Source: an uncultured Dehalococcoidia bacterium
Lineage (GTDB): Bacteria > Chloroflexota > Dehalococcoidia > DSTF01 > JACRBR01
Length of the DNA: 64,000 bases
Assembly: GCA_964599885.1 (NCBI GenBank)
Contig: CAZRHH010000005.1
Location: 23,431-87,430 of the forward strand
Direction of reading: 5' to 3'
In this document: positions 1 to 8,886 of the stretch, in pieces
Layout: each line of letters begins with the position of its first letter
How positions within the stretch are numbered: the stretch's first letter is position 1
The notes under the pieces: generated by a model
Database searches by the model: none
The model's input: only the letters and a program-made list of their open reading frames with translations
Told to the model about the DNA's origin: nothing
Made by a program: the position numbers and the translations under genes

Positions 1-1
1 G

Positions 2-220
2 TACGACATCGGCTGCACCCTGGAAGACGCCCTCGGCTCGCCGCCCCCCGTCGATCCGCTCGGCAACCCGGGCGAGAACGGCTACTGGTACGTCTCCGAT
101 GGCGACACGATGGAGATCTTCGCCTCGCTCGAAGGCGATATCCCCGACGCCGACATCTGCCCCACTCAGAACGAACAGCTACAGCGACAGCCAAACCTCA
201 TCTGCGTCGGCGCACCGTAG
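2..220 (+). CDS. 3' fragment of a hypothetical protein (5' end outside window)
   Basis: Open frame from window edge to TAG at 218-220 with high-GC3 codon usage; no recognisable family. Confidence 0.35.
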   Translation, partial: YDIGCTLEDALGSPPPVDPLGNPGENGYWYVSDGDTMEIFASLEGDIPDADICPTQNEQLQRQPNLICVGAP

Positions 221-232
221 AGGAGCAGGCAC

Positions 233-826
233 TTGTCCCTTTTCAGCAAACGCGAAGCCGGCCCCGGCGACGACAACCGCCTCCCGCCGGGACAGAAGCT
301 CACCGATGGCTGGCCCGTGCTTCACTACGGCGGCATCCCGGAGCTCGATCTCGCGACGTGGAAGTTCTCAATGGTGGGCCTCGTCGACGACGAAGCGCAC
401 TTCACCTGGGACGAGTTCATGGCGCTGCCGCAAACCACCATCAAGTCCGACGTGCATTGCGTCACGCACTGGAGCAAGTACGAGAACGACTGGACCGGCG
501 TCGCCATCGCCGACGTCCTCAAGCACGTCAACCCGCAGCCGAACGCCAGGCACGTGATGCTCCACAGCCACGGCGGCTACACCACCAACATCCCGCTCGA
601 TGAACTCGCCGCCAGCGACGTGCTCTTCGCGCACTCCCACAACGGCGCTCCGCTGACAAAAGAGCACGGCTGGCCGCTTCGCCTCGTGCTGCCGAAGCTC
701 TACTTTTGGAAGAGCGCCAAATGGGTCCGCGGCATGGTCTTCATGGAAGACGAAAAGCCCGGCTTCTGGGAGATGTACGGCTATCACATCCACGGCGACC
801 CCTGGACCGAAGAGCGCTACTCCTGA
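233..826 (+). CDS. Sulfite-oxidase-like molybdopterin-dependent oxidoreductase (YedY/MsrP-like catalytic domain), probable TTG start
   Basis: 197 aa product with motifs 'HCVTHWSK' and 'GWPLRLVLPKLYFWKSAKWV', typical of the Mo-cofactor oxidoreductase domain. Confidence 0.7.
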   Translation: MSLFSKREAGPGDDNRLPPGQKLTDGWPVLHYGGIPELDLATWKFSMVGLVDDEAHFTWDEFMALPQTTIKSDVHCVTHWSKYENDWTGVAIADVLKHVNPQPNARHVMLHSHGGYTTNIPLDELAASDVLFAHSHNGAPLTKEHGWPLRLVLPKLYFWKSAKWVRGMVFMEDEKPGFWEMYGYHIHGDPWTEERYS

Positions 827-999
827 CCCCGCCGCGCGCGATGCTGCATCATGATTGCGTTCGGTGCGCCACTCCATCCGAACCCACCACTCATCCGACG
901 TTCGACCCCCGGCTTCCCGTTTCTCGCTTCCCGCCTCTCGCTTCCCGCCTTGCCTCGATCCCGTCCGCCCGTTAGATTCCACCCAGCGTCCTGCCGCTA

Positions 1000-1626
1000 A
1001 TGTTCGGGGTGAACGTGCCCTCTTTCAGCCTCGTCCCGCACAAGGTTTCGGCGCGCTTCACCGACCCCCTCGTCGCACCACTCGCCGCCATCGGCATCAC
1101 GCCCAACATGATCTCCGTCGTCGGATTCGCCGGTAACGTCGCCGCCGGCTGTCTCGCCGCTGGTGGCCACTTCCTCGCCGCCGGCATCGTCATGCTCATC
1201 TTCAGCGCGCTCGATCTGCTCGATGGCGCGCTCGCCCGCCGCACCGGCACCGTCACGCGCTTCGGCGCCGTCTTCGATTCCGTGCTCGACCGCCTCTCCG
1301 AAGCCGCCGTGCTCGCTGGCCTGCTTTTTCACTTCACCGAGATCGGCGGCCACACGATGGAGATCGCTCTGATCTACGCTGCCATCGTCGGCTCGATCAT
1401 GGTCAGCTACGTCCGCGCCCGCGCCGAAGGCATCGGCCTAGAACTGCGCGAAGGACTCTTCACCCGCGCCGAACGCGTCATCCTGCTCGCGGGTGCGCTG
1501 ATCATCGGCAGCGTTACGATCGTCTGGGCGCTCTGGATACTCGCCGTGCTCTCGCACCTCACAGCCGCCCAGCGCGTCTACAACGTTTGGCAACGCACAC
1601 ACGACGATGCACCCGTGCAGCCATGA
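1000..1626 (+). CDS. CDP-alcohol phosphatidyltransferase family protein (PgsA/PIP-synthase-like)
   Basis: Multi-TM 208 aa protein with signature 'DLLDGALARRTG...FGAVFDSVLDR' (D-G-x2-A-R...G-x3-D-x3-D). Confidence 0.8.
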   Translation: MFGVNVPSFSLVPHKVSARFTDPLVAPLAAIGITPNMISVVGFAGNVAAGCLAAGGHFLAAGIVMLIFSALDLLDGALARRTGTVTRFGAVFDSVLDRLSEAAVLAGLLFHFTEIGGHTMEIALIYAAIVGSIMVSYVRARAEGIGLELREGLFTRAERVILLAGALIIGSVTIVWALWILAVLSHLTAAQRVYNVWQRTHDDAPVQP

Positions 1627-3176
1627 TCGAAAAACCAGACATGCCGGCCACCACAACCGCGCCGTCTCCCGCGCAGCGCGCCGCTAAAGCGAGCGCTGGA
1701 GCGTCAGCGGACACCACGACGCGCCTGCTCAACTACGATCTGGCGCAGCCACTCGCCTTCGCCGCGCTAGCAATCGTCTACGCGCTGAGCCGCGCGCCGT
1801 TCATCAACGTCGGCTACGGCACCGACCCCGACGCGTGGCGCGTTGCGCTGTCCGGCTACTGGCTCTGGGATCACGCCGAGTTCTACCCGTCACGTCTTCC
1901 CGGGTATCCGGTGCAGGAACTCGCCAGCGCCGCCGTCATCAAGGGCGGCTGGCTGGCGACGAATTCCCTGACGGTGCTCGTCTCGATCGTTGGCCTCTGG
2001 TTCTTCGCGCGCATCGCGTCCCTGCTCGAACTGCCGAACCGCGCCGTCATCGTCGTCGCCTTCGCGTTCACGCCGTTGCTCTGGATCAACAGCATGACGA
2101 CGATGGACTACATGTACGCGCTGACGTTCATCCTTGCCGCGTACTACTTCCTCATCGTCCGCAGGAGCTTCGTCGCCGGCATCATGCTCGGACTGGCGAT
2201 TGGCTCACGGTCGACGTCCGTGTTCATGCTGCTGCCGCTCGTCGTCTACATGTGGCGCGATGGCCGGCGAAACGAGATTCGCGCCTTCATCGTCACCGCC
2301 GTCGCAGTGTCTTTCGTCGCCTGGCTGCCCATCTACTGGAAGTACGGCATCGAGTTCTTCAACTTCTACGACAGTAAGGTCGGCTACCTGAACGTCCTCC
2401 GCCTGCTCGGCAAAGACACGCTCGGACTGCTCGGCACCATGGCCGTCATCGCCGCCATCGTCATTTCACTGCCACGACTCGTCCATCTGCCAGCCAACGC
2501 GCTTCGCGACAAGCACGTCGATGTTTGGCTGCTCGCCATCGTCGTCACCATCGTCTCGTTCAGCCGTCTCCCGCATGAAGCGGCCTATCTGATCCCGGTC
2601 TATCCGTTCGGCTTCTTCCTGATGGCCCGGTACTTCCAGAAGTGGGTACTCGCCGGCACCGTCGCCGTCATCATCGTTGCCGGCTTCGTCGACCTCACGT
2701 CGCCGGGCGACGAGATCAACAGCGAAGCGTTCACCAACGCACAGTTCGGCAACGGACTGATCCTCTCGAACCGCGACACGCAACTAGCCCAGCGCGACTT
2801 CGTCCGCGACATCGAGGCGCTCGATATTCCCGACAACACCGCCGTCTCGCTCGGATTCATCTACCCGCAGTTCGCCGTCCGCAACCGCGAGAGTCTCGAT
2901 ATCGGCCTGCTCGAAAAGGACGCATCATCGATCAGCCAGCTCTCGGACAAAGGCAAGGCCGACGATGACGAGCGCCGGATTACCTACGTGTGGCTTTTCG
3001 ACTACGAGGACTTCCAGCGCTACAAGGTGCAGGGGTACACCTTCATGTTTACGCTCGACGCCGGACGGAGCACCGCCGGCCTCTACGACTACCGCCCCGG
3101 ATTGTTCGGCGCGAAAGCCATCGATCTCGGCCGCGGACCTTCGGGTGGCGCCGGCGCCGCACGCACCGACCGCTGA
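1623..3176 (+). CDS. GT-C / GT39-family (PMT/ArnT-like) membrane glycosyltransferase
   Basis: ATG at 1623 overlaps the upstream stop (ATGA). Polytopic N-terminal region with GT39-like loop motifs and a large C-terminal soluble domain. Same frame as ORF 1587..3176. Confidence 0.7.
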   Translation: MIEKPDMPATTTAPSPAQRAAKASAGASADTTTRLLNYDLAQPLAFAALAIVYALSRAPFINVGYGTDPDAWRVALSGYWLWDHAEFYPSRLPGYPVQELASAAVIKGGWLATNSLTVLVSIVGLWFFARIASLLELPNRAVIVVAFAFTPLLWINSMTTMDYMYALTFILAAYYFLIVRRSFVAGIMLGLAIGSRSTSVFMLLPLVVYMWRDGRRNEIRAFIVTAVAVSFVAWLPIYWKYGIEFFNFYDSKVGYLNVLRLLGKDTLGLLGTMAVIAAIVISLPRLVHLPANALRDKHVDVWLLAIVVTIVSFSRLPHEAAYLIPVYPFGFFLMARYFQKWVLAGTVAVIIVAGFVDLTSPGDEINSEAFTNAQFGNGLILSNRDTQLAQRDFVRDIEALDIPDNTAVSLGFIYPQFAVRNRESLDIGLLEKDASSISQLSDKGKADDDERRITYVWLFDYEDFQRYKVQGYTFMFTLDAGRSTAGLYDYRPGLFGAKAIDLGRGPSGGAGAARTDR

Positions 3177-3178
3177 TC

Positions 3179-3997
3179 GTGAGCTTCGCCACCGACGCCG
3201 GCTATCTGCGCTATCAGTACGGCGACGCCGACAAGCTCCGCATCCGCTACGAGAGCCACGCCCGTTACAGCACGAACAACACGCCGAGCTTCGCCGAATG
3301 GCTGCTCGCCCACGTCGGCGCATCATCGGGCATGACGCTGCTCGATGCCGGGTGCGGACCGGGCGTCTACCACCGTACACTGACCGCCAACGGCGTCCGC
3401 ATCATTGCGTCCGACATGTCCGCCGGCATGGTCGGCGCAACGCGCGAACAGGCACGCGACAAACACCTCGATGTCCGTCCGCTGATCGCCGACGTGCAAC
3501 ACCTGCCGTTCGGCGCGGCAACGTTCGGCCGCGTGATGGCCAATCACATGCTCTACCACGTGCCCGACCAGACGGCTGCGCTCGAAGAACTGCGCCGAGT
3601 CGCCACGCCGGGCGCTCGCATCGTCCTCGCCACGAACGCCGCCGACAACGGTGCCCGTCTCTACGACTTGCATGCAACAGCATGCCGCGCCATCGGCCTC
3701 ACACCGTCGGCGATGGCGACCGACAGCTTCACGCTCGAGCATCTGCCGCTCGTGCGCTCCGTCCTGCCATCCGCACAAGTCTTCCTGCGCGAAGACGCGT
3801 TTGCGTTCCCCGATGCGGACGCGGCCATCCGCTACTACGCCTCCGCCGGCATCGACCAGATCGACGACCCACCCGCCGATGGCTCGCACCGCGCCCGTCT
3901 CCTCGTCGACGTAGCGGCCGCCATCAACGACATCATCGCCACCGAAGGCCGGCTCCTCGTACCAAAAAACGCCGGCTGCTTCGTAGGCGACGTTTAG
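3179..3997 (+). CDS. Class I SAM-dependent methyltransferase
   Basis: GTG at 3179, 2 nt after the upstream TGA. Motif I 'LLDAGCGPGVY', plus 'DMSAGMV' and acidic 'FGRVMANHMLYHVPD'. Confidence 0.75.
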   Translation: MSFATDAGYLRYQYGDADKLRIRYESHARYSTNNTPSFAEWLLAHVGASSGMTLLDAGCGPGVYHRTLTANGVRIIASDMSAGMVGATREQARDKHLDVRPLIADVQHLPFGAATFGRVMANHMLYHVPDQTAALEELRRVATPGARIVLATNAADNGARLYDLHATACRAIGLTPSAMATDSFTLEHLPLVRSVLPSAQVFLREDAFAFPDADAAIRYYASAGIDQIDDPPADGSHRARLLVDVAAAINDIIATEGRLLVPKNAGCFVGDV

Positions 3998-4170
3998 CCG
4001 TCACACGCGCCGCGGGAAACATGCTCAGCGCTGCGAATCACGGATCATGTGGCACGGGCTTTCAGCCGGTGTCACTCTGGCCCGCAGGCCTAATTGAAGC
4101 AAACCTTCCTTGCCGTTCTCTCCATCCTCCACTCTCCATCCTCCAGTGCCCGATGAGGAGGCGACACGCC

Positions 4171-5466
4171 TCAGAATCTGGAGCGCGCCACCCGCCACAT
4201 CACCGCCCCCGCACCAACGACCGCCGCGACCAGCACCGCAACGATCGCGATCGTCACAACCGGCGTCCCATCGTCGTCGCCACCCGGCGCCACACTGTCG
4301 CTGTCATCATCATCGCCGCCCGTTACGCTCGGCTGAGCGCTCACTTCATCCGTCGCTTCCGCGCTCGGCACGGCGCTCGGCGCGCGCGCCTCCAACCCGA
4401 CCGACTCGCGCCAGGCGTTCTCCAGGCCGAACTGGTCAAACCCGTACACCGACTCAAACGCCGGATCGATCCGCGATCCGTCTTTGAAGGTCTTAAGCAA
4501 CTCGGCAAACTTCTCCGCCCCGTACGTCTCCACCAGGAAGTTGATGATCGAGCCCGCCTGGCCGTAGTACAAGAATGCTGTCGAGGCCACGTCGCCGCTG
4601 GCCGACGAGTTCATCTCCGCAAACGTCAGCACACGGTCGCTGTTGATAGCCGACTCCAGCGCGATGTCGAATTTGGAGATGGGCTCCCGCTCCGCGTACA
4701 CGGAGATACCTTCCTTCATCCAGTCCGGCACCCCAAACGGACCTTTCGTCGCGAACCCGGTGACGATATGGGCGATCTCGTGCCGCGCGTTGTCCAGCGT
4801 CGAACCCTCAGCCGACACCATAGTCGTGTCTGAATAGAACACCTCACCAAGTATCCTCAGCCCTCGCCCGATGCCAGGCGAGATCGCCAGTTGCATGTCA
4901 TCCGCCGAGTCGTACAGAAACACCTTCACAGGGAAATCGACCACCGCTCCCTCAAGTTCGCCGACTTCCGCCAGTGTTTCGACTGCGGCGGCGAGTACCG
5001 CACGCGCTCTCGCCTCGTCCGCGTAGTAGTGCACGGTCACGCCGCCATCGCTGACAGTCGTGAACTCGAAGCGCGTATCCGCGTGTACGTACAGTCGCGA
5101 CGCGGTTTCCGTCCTGTTCCCGTCGGCGTCCTCGATATCCCAGTGGTAGGTGATCTCCGCGCCCGGAATGATGTAGATGCCGCGCCCACTGGTGAGCGTG
5201 TACGTGCACGTAGTCGTCGCCGCGCCCACGCACGACGCGATCGCTGTGGCCCCGGTACCATCCGGCGCAACCTCGTAGCGCAGCCGCACGTCTTCCGCTT
5301 CCGCCGGCGCGTTAAACGAAACCGAGAACGCCACCCCGGTCGGAAACTCGTTTCGCGCCTCCTCGTTCACGACAGCGATCGCTTCCTGCGCCCCTGCACC
5401 ACCCGCGCCACCCAACGCCGCTATCACAAGCGCGCACGCCGCGACTACGGCGACTGCACAACGCAT
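4171..5466 (-). CDS. Secreted zinc metallopeptidase-like protein (HExxH) with C-terminal acidic linker and TM anchor
   Basis: Signal peptide 'MRCAVAVVAACALVIAALGG', 'HEIAHIV' zinc-binding motif, and a C-terminal 'DDDDSD...GDDDG' stretch followed by a hydrophobic helix and 'RVARSRF'. Confidence 0.6.
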   Translation of the reverse strand: MRCAVAVVAACALVIAALGGAGGAGAQEAIAVVNEEARNEFPTGVAFSVSFNAPAEAEDVRLRYEVAPDGTGATAIASCVGAATTTCTYTLTSGRGIYIIPGAEITYHWDIEDADGNRTETASRLYVHADTRFEFTTVSDGGVTVHYYADEARARAVLAAAVETLAEVGELEGAVVDFPVKVFLYDSADDMQLAISPGIGRGLRILGEVFYSDTTMVSAEGSTLDNARHEIAHIVTGFATKGPFGVPDWMKEGISVYAEREPISKFDIALESAINSDRVLTFAEMNSSASGDVASTAFLYYGQAGSIINFLVETYGAEKFAELLKTFKDGSRIDPAFESVYGFDQFGLENAWRESVGLEARAPSAVPSAEATDEVSAQPSVTGGDDDDSDSVAPGGDDDGTPVVTIAIVAVLVAAVVGAGAVMWRVARSRF

Positions 5467-5546
5467 CACCGGATCCACCCTTGAATCACCCGCTCCATCA
5501 TCCACCCTCCAGCGTCCAGTCGCCGTGCAACGCGCCTGCGCCTCAC

Positions 5547-6651
5547 TTAGCTCTCCTCCCCAACCGTCGTCTTCAAATACGCCTTGATCGCATCATCCAG
5601 ATCGCCATCCAGCACGTTTGCCGCATCGCTCGTCTCGTAACCCGTCCGGTGATCCTTCACCATCTTGTACGGGTGCAGCACGTAACTGCGGATCTGATTG
5701 CTCCAGCCCGCGCTCACGTGCTCGCCTTTGATCTTCGCCTGCTCCTCCGCGTGACGCTTCAACTCCTGTTCGATCAGCCGCGCTTCGAGCACGCGCATCG
5801 CCGACTCCCGGTTGCGCCCCTGCGATCGCTCGTTCTGGCACGTCACGACGATCCCGCTCGGGATGTGCGTGATCCGGATCGCCGTCGAGTTCTTCTGCAC
5901 GTTCTGTCCGCCGTGCCCGCTCGCGCGATACACATCGACACGAATGTCGTCGGCCGTGATCTTCACTTCCGCCGCGTCCGTCGCTTCCGGCAGCGCCTCG
6001 ACGAGCGCGAACGACGTATGACGCCGGTTCTCCGAATCGAACGGCGAAAGCCGCACCAGCCGGTGTACCCCGCGCTCGCTCTTCAGATAGCCGTACGCGT
6101 GCTCGCCCGTCACTTCGACCGTCGCGCTCTTGATGCCTGCCTCTTCGCCGGGCATCAGATCGATCACGTCAGCGCCGAAGCCACGCCGTTCGGCCCACCG
6201 CAGATACATCCGCAGCAGCATCTCCGCCCAGTCCTGCGACTCCGTGCCGCCCGCCCCCGCGTGAATGGCGATGATCGCGCTGCGATCGTCGTACGGTCCC
6301 GAGAACGTCAGCTCGAACTCCAGCTCGTCCAGCTCCGCTTCGATCGCGGCCGCGTCCCGCGCGATGTCCTCGGCCGTCGCGTCGTCGTCCTCTTCCGACG
6401 CCAGCTCCACCAGCTCGGCCAGATCGGCGACGCGCGCCTCTAACCCGCGCCAGACATCGATCCGCTGGCGCACGGCCGAAAGCCGCCGCATCGTCGCCTG
6501 TGCCGGCTGCGGATCGTCCCAGAACTTCGGATCAGCGGACTGCGTTTCGAGCGCCGTCGCTTCTGCTTCTAGTTTGGGGATGTCAAAGACGCACCATGAC
6601 ATGGCTCACGCGTTCGCGCAGCGCACCGAGATTCTCGCGAAGTTCCTGCAT
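5547..6651 (-). CDS. prfB: Peptide chain release factor 2, with programmed +1 ribosomal frameshift
   Basis: Frame-0 ORF 'MQELRENLGALRERVSHVMVRL' ends at CTT TGA C (6588..6582). The +1 frame continues 'DIPKLEAEATALE...' and carries 'SGHGGQNVQK' (GGQ motif) and 'SPFDSENRRHTSFA'. Join is 6651..6586 + 6584..5547. Confidence 0.92.
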
Positions 6652-6837
6652 GTCCAGTCCGTCCTTGTGTGCGGATGTCCGCCATCGACTACGCCTACAG
6701 CGTAGCGAATCGATGGTCGCCAGTCCTGGAAGCTCCTGCCTATCCCAATGGACACAATGTAGGGGGCGCACCTACGTGTGCGCCCCGGTATCGCGCGGCC
6801 ACCCTTCGGTCGCCGTCATCTGGACCGCAACCTGCGT

Positions 6838-8007
6838 CTAAAACTCTCCGCCGTCTCCAAGCGGTACCGAGGCGACCTGCTTTGCCGCCAGATCTTGGTT
6901 CAGGTATGCGAAGAACCCGTTCGAGTTCTCCGCGACATCCGGCGCCACCCAGACGTGCATCATCCAGCGCGCCTCTTTGACGTAGAGCCCGCCGATCGCC
7001 TTGCACCCCGCTTCGTCGGCCGCCTCGCTGGCCGACGTCTGGTTGAGACAGACACCCGCGTGCCCGTGCCACACGTCCAGATCGCCGGCGAACCCTTCGG
7101 GCGCCGCCGTGGTCGTCGCGCCGCCGCTGCCGGGCAATTGCAAGAACCACACACCCACCAGGCGCGCCTCTCCATCATCAATCTTGCTGAAGAGCAGGCC
7201 TTCCGGTCGCGCCGGATCGAACACGTTATCTGCCAGATAATCGATATTGATCCAGTGCTCGCCCATCGCCGTCACGTCGGCCGACACGCGAAAGTATCCC
7301 GCCGCCTGCGCCGCCTCGGCGGTGGCGAGCCGTTTGCCGACGTCGCTCGCCTGCGTCATTTGCGAGCGCAGGTATCCCAGCTCCTCGCCTGTCACCAGCC
7401 CATCCGGGATCATCGCCATCACCCGCTGGTCGTCCAGGCTGACGAGCTGCGTCATCGTCGCGTGCGTGCCGGCATCGTGTACGCCGTCGGCGTGCGCTGC
7501 GGCCCCGGCATGCGCAGCGCTGTCGTCGTGCGCTGCCGCACCGTTGTCCGCGGCCACAAGCCCATCACCGGCAGGCGCGCTCCGCGATTCCAGCACTTCG
7601 CTCTCGCGCCCAAGCGTCATGTTCGCGTTGAATGCGTACGTACTGGCGCCCGCGCTCATCGCGAACACGCCCGTCCAGGCAGCGATCAACGGCACGCACC
7701 GCCGCACTGCGCTTTCTACGGAGCCCGCAGACGTGAGCGCCGTGACCGACAGCGCACCGAGCAAGCCCGCGCAGATCACCATCGCCGCAACCAGCGCGAC
7801 AATCGAACCCGGCTCGGACGTGCTGAACAACGCCTGCACGCCGTCCCCGCGTTCGTACCGCACGAGCTGAATGCCAAGCCCGGCGAACAGCGCGAAGACG
7901 CCCGCCACAGCAACCGCCAGCCATGTCGATGGATGCTGAAGCGCCGTCGTAAGCCCCGATGCTTCGCTCGCCACTTCATGGCCCGATGGCGCGTTCCTAG
8001 TCGTCAT
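6838..8007 (-). CDS. Hypothetical membrane protein with His-rich segment and large extracytoplasmic domain
   Basis: Three predicted N-terminal TM helices, His-rich tract 'AAAHDDSAAHAGAAAHADGVHDAGTHA', and conserved-looking C-terminus 'WHGHAGVC...MMHVWV'. Confidence 0.5.
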   Translation of the reverse strand: MTTRNAPSGHEVASEASGLTTALQHPSTWLAVAVAGVFALFAGLGIQLVRYERGDGVQALFSTSEPGSIVALVAAMVICAGLLGALSVTALTSAGSVESAVRRCVPLIAAWTGVFAMSAGASTYAFNANMTLGRESEVLESRSAPAGDGLVAADNGAAAHDDSAAHAGAAAHADGVHDAGTHATMTQLVSLDDQRVMAMIPDGLVTGEELGYLRSQMTQASDVGKRLATAEAAQAAGYFRVSADVTAMGEHWINIDYLADNVFDPARPEGLLFSKIDDGEARLVGVWFLQLPGSGGATTTAAPEGFAGDLDVWHGHAGVCLNQTSASEAADEAGCKAIGGLYVKEARWMMHVWVAPDVAENSNGFFAYLNQDLAAKQVASVPLGDGGEF

Positions 8008-8115
8008 GGCTTCCCTCCAATATTCGCCAGTATCAGGATTGCCGGGTTTCCTTGCAACTGCGCCCTTCCCGACCTTCCGGCTCCCAATGAACGCCCCACC
8101 AGCGACCAGCGACCC

Positions 8116-8886
8116 CTACGCCCCCTTCTTCGCCACCATCAAGTACCGCGTCTCCGTCAGCACGATGCCCTGCTCGCCACGGTGGGCGTCCTCAAACGCC
8201 AGCAACGCATCGATATCTGCCGCCGGATCGAAGTCCGGGATCTCCCACGGCGCCGTAAGCAGGCAGTACACGACGTCGCCCAGCGCCGCGTACGCTACGC
8301 GCCGTTCGTGGATCTGCGATTCAACCGTCAGCCCGGCCGACTCGAACTCCTGCCGGTACGTGGCGTAGTGGTCCGGGAACGCCGTCTTGCGCGGAAAGAA
8401 CGGCCGCAGTTCATCCCAGCTCGATCCGCCAACCTGTTGCGTGATCGCGACGCCACCGGGCCGAAGGGCGCGCGCAACATCACTCGGCGTGAACGCCTCA
8501 TGCCGGCTCAGGAACACATCGATCGAGTCGTCGGCGAACGGCAACCGCTCGCTGTCCGCCCCGAACACACGCACGCCCAGCGGCGTCAGCCGTTCGTGTG
8601 CGACAGCGAGATTCACATCCCACATTTCCGTCGCGACGAGGTGGGCGCCGGCTGCCGCGCCATCAACAATCCGCGCCAGCACCTCGCCACCGCCCGTCCC
8701 GACGTCGAGTACCCACGCACCATCTCGTACATGTTCGCGCGCGAGCGCTTCGTAGTCCCACGGCGGCCCCGCATCGAGCGGCGTCTGCTGCACGTCGTCG
8801 AAGCTCCAGCCGGAGAACCGGCGCGCGCGTTCGATATACGGCCGCAGCGCAGCGATCGTCTCCTGTCGCCGTGCGTCGCGGGTCAC
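8116..8886 (-). CDS. Class I SAM-dependent methyltransferase
   Basis: 'VLDVGTGGGEVL' motif I. GTG start overlaps the stop of the upstream nfi-like gene (GTGA). Confidence 0.7.
   Translation of the reverse strand: MTRDARRQETIAALRPYIERARRFSGWSFDDVQQTPLDAGPPWDYEALAREHVRDGAWVLDVGTGGGEVLARIVDGAAAGAHLVATEMWDVNLAVAHERLTPLGVRVFGADSERLPFADDSIDVFLSRHEAFTPSDVARALRPGGVAITQQVGGSSWDELRPFFPRKTAFPDHYATYRQEFESAGLTVESQIHERRVAYAALGDVVYCLLTAPWEIPDFDPAADIDALLAFEDAHRGEQGIVLTETRYLMVAKKGA

Noticed and set aside
2965-4833. 622-aa Arg/Pro-rich plus-strand ORF overlapping the methyltransferase and peptidase genes
   Set aside because: Typical high-GC antisense or out-of-frame shadow ORF (Arg-rich, no motifs). Overlaps well-supported genes.
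5547-6602. ORF-track prfB model starting at 6602 (MSWCVFDIPKLE...)
   Set aside because: The true N-terminus lies in the 0 frame (ATG 6651) and joins by +1 frameshifting at CTT TGA C. The 6602 start is an artefact of an internal in-frame Met.
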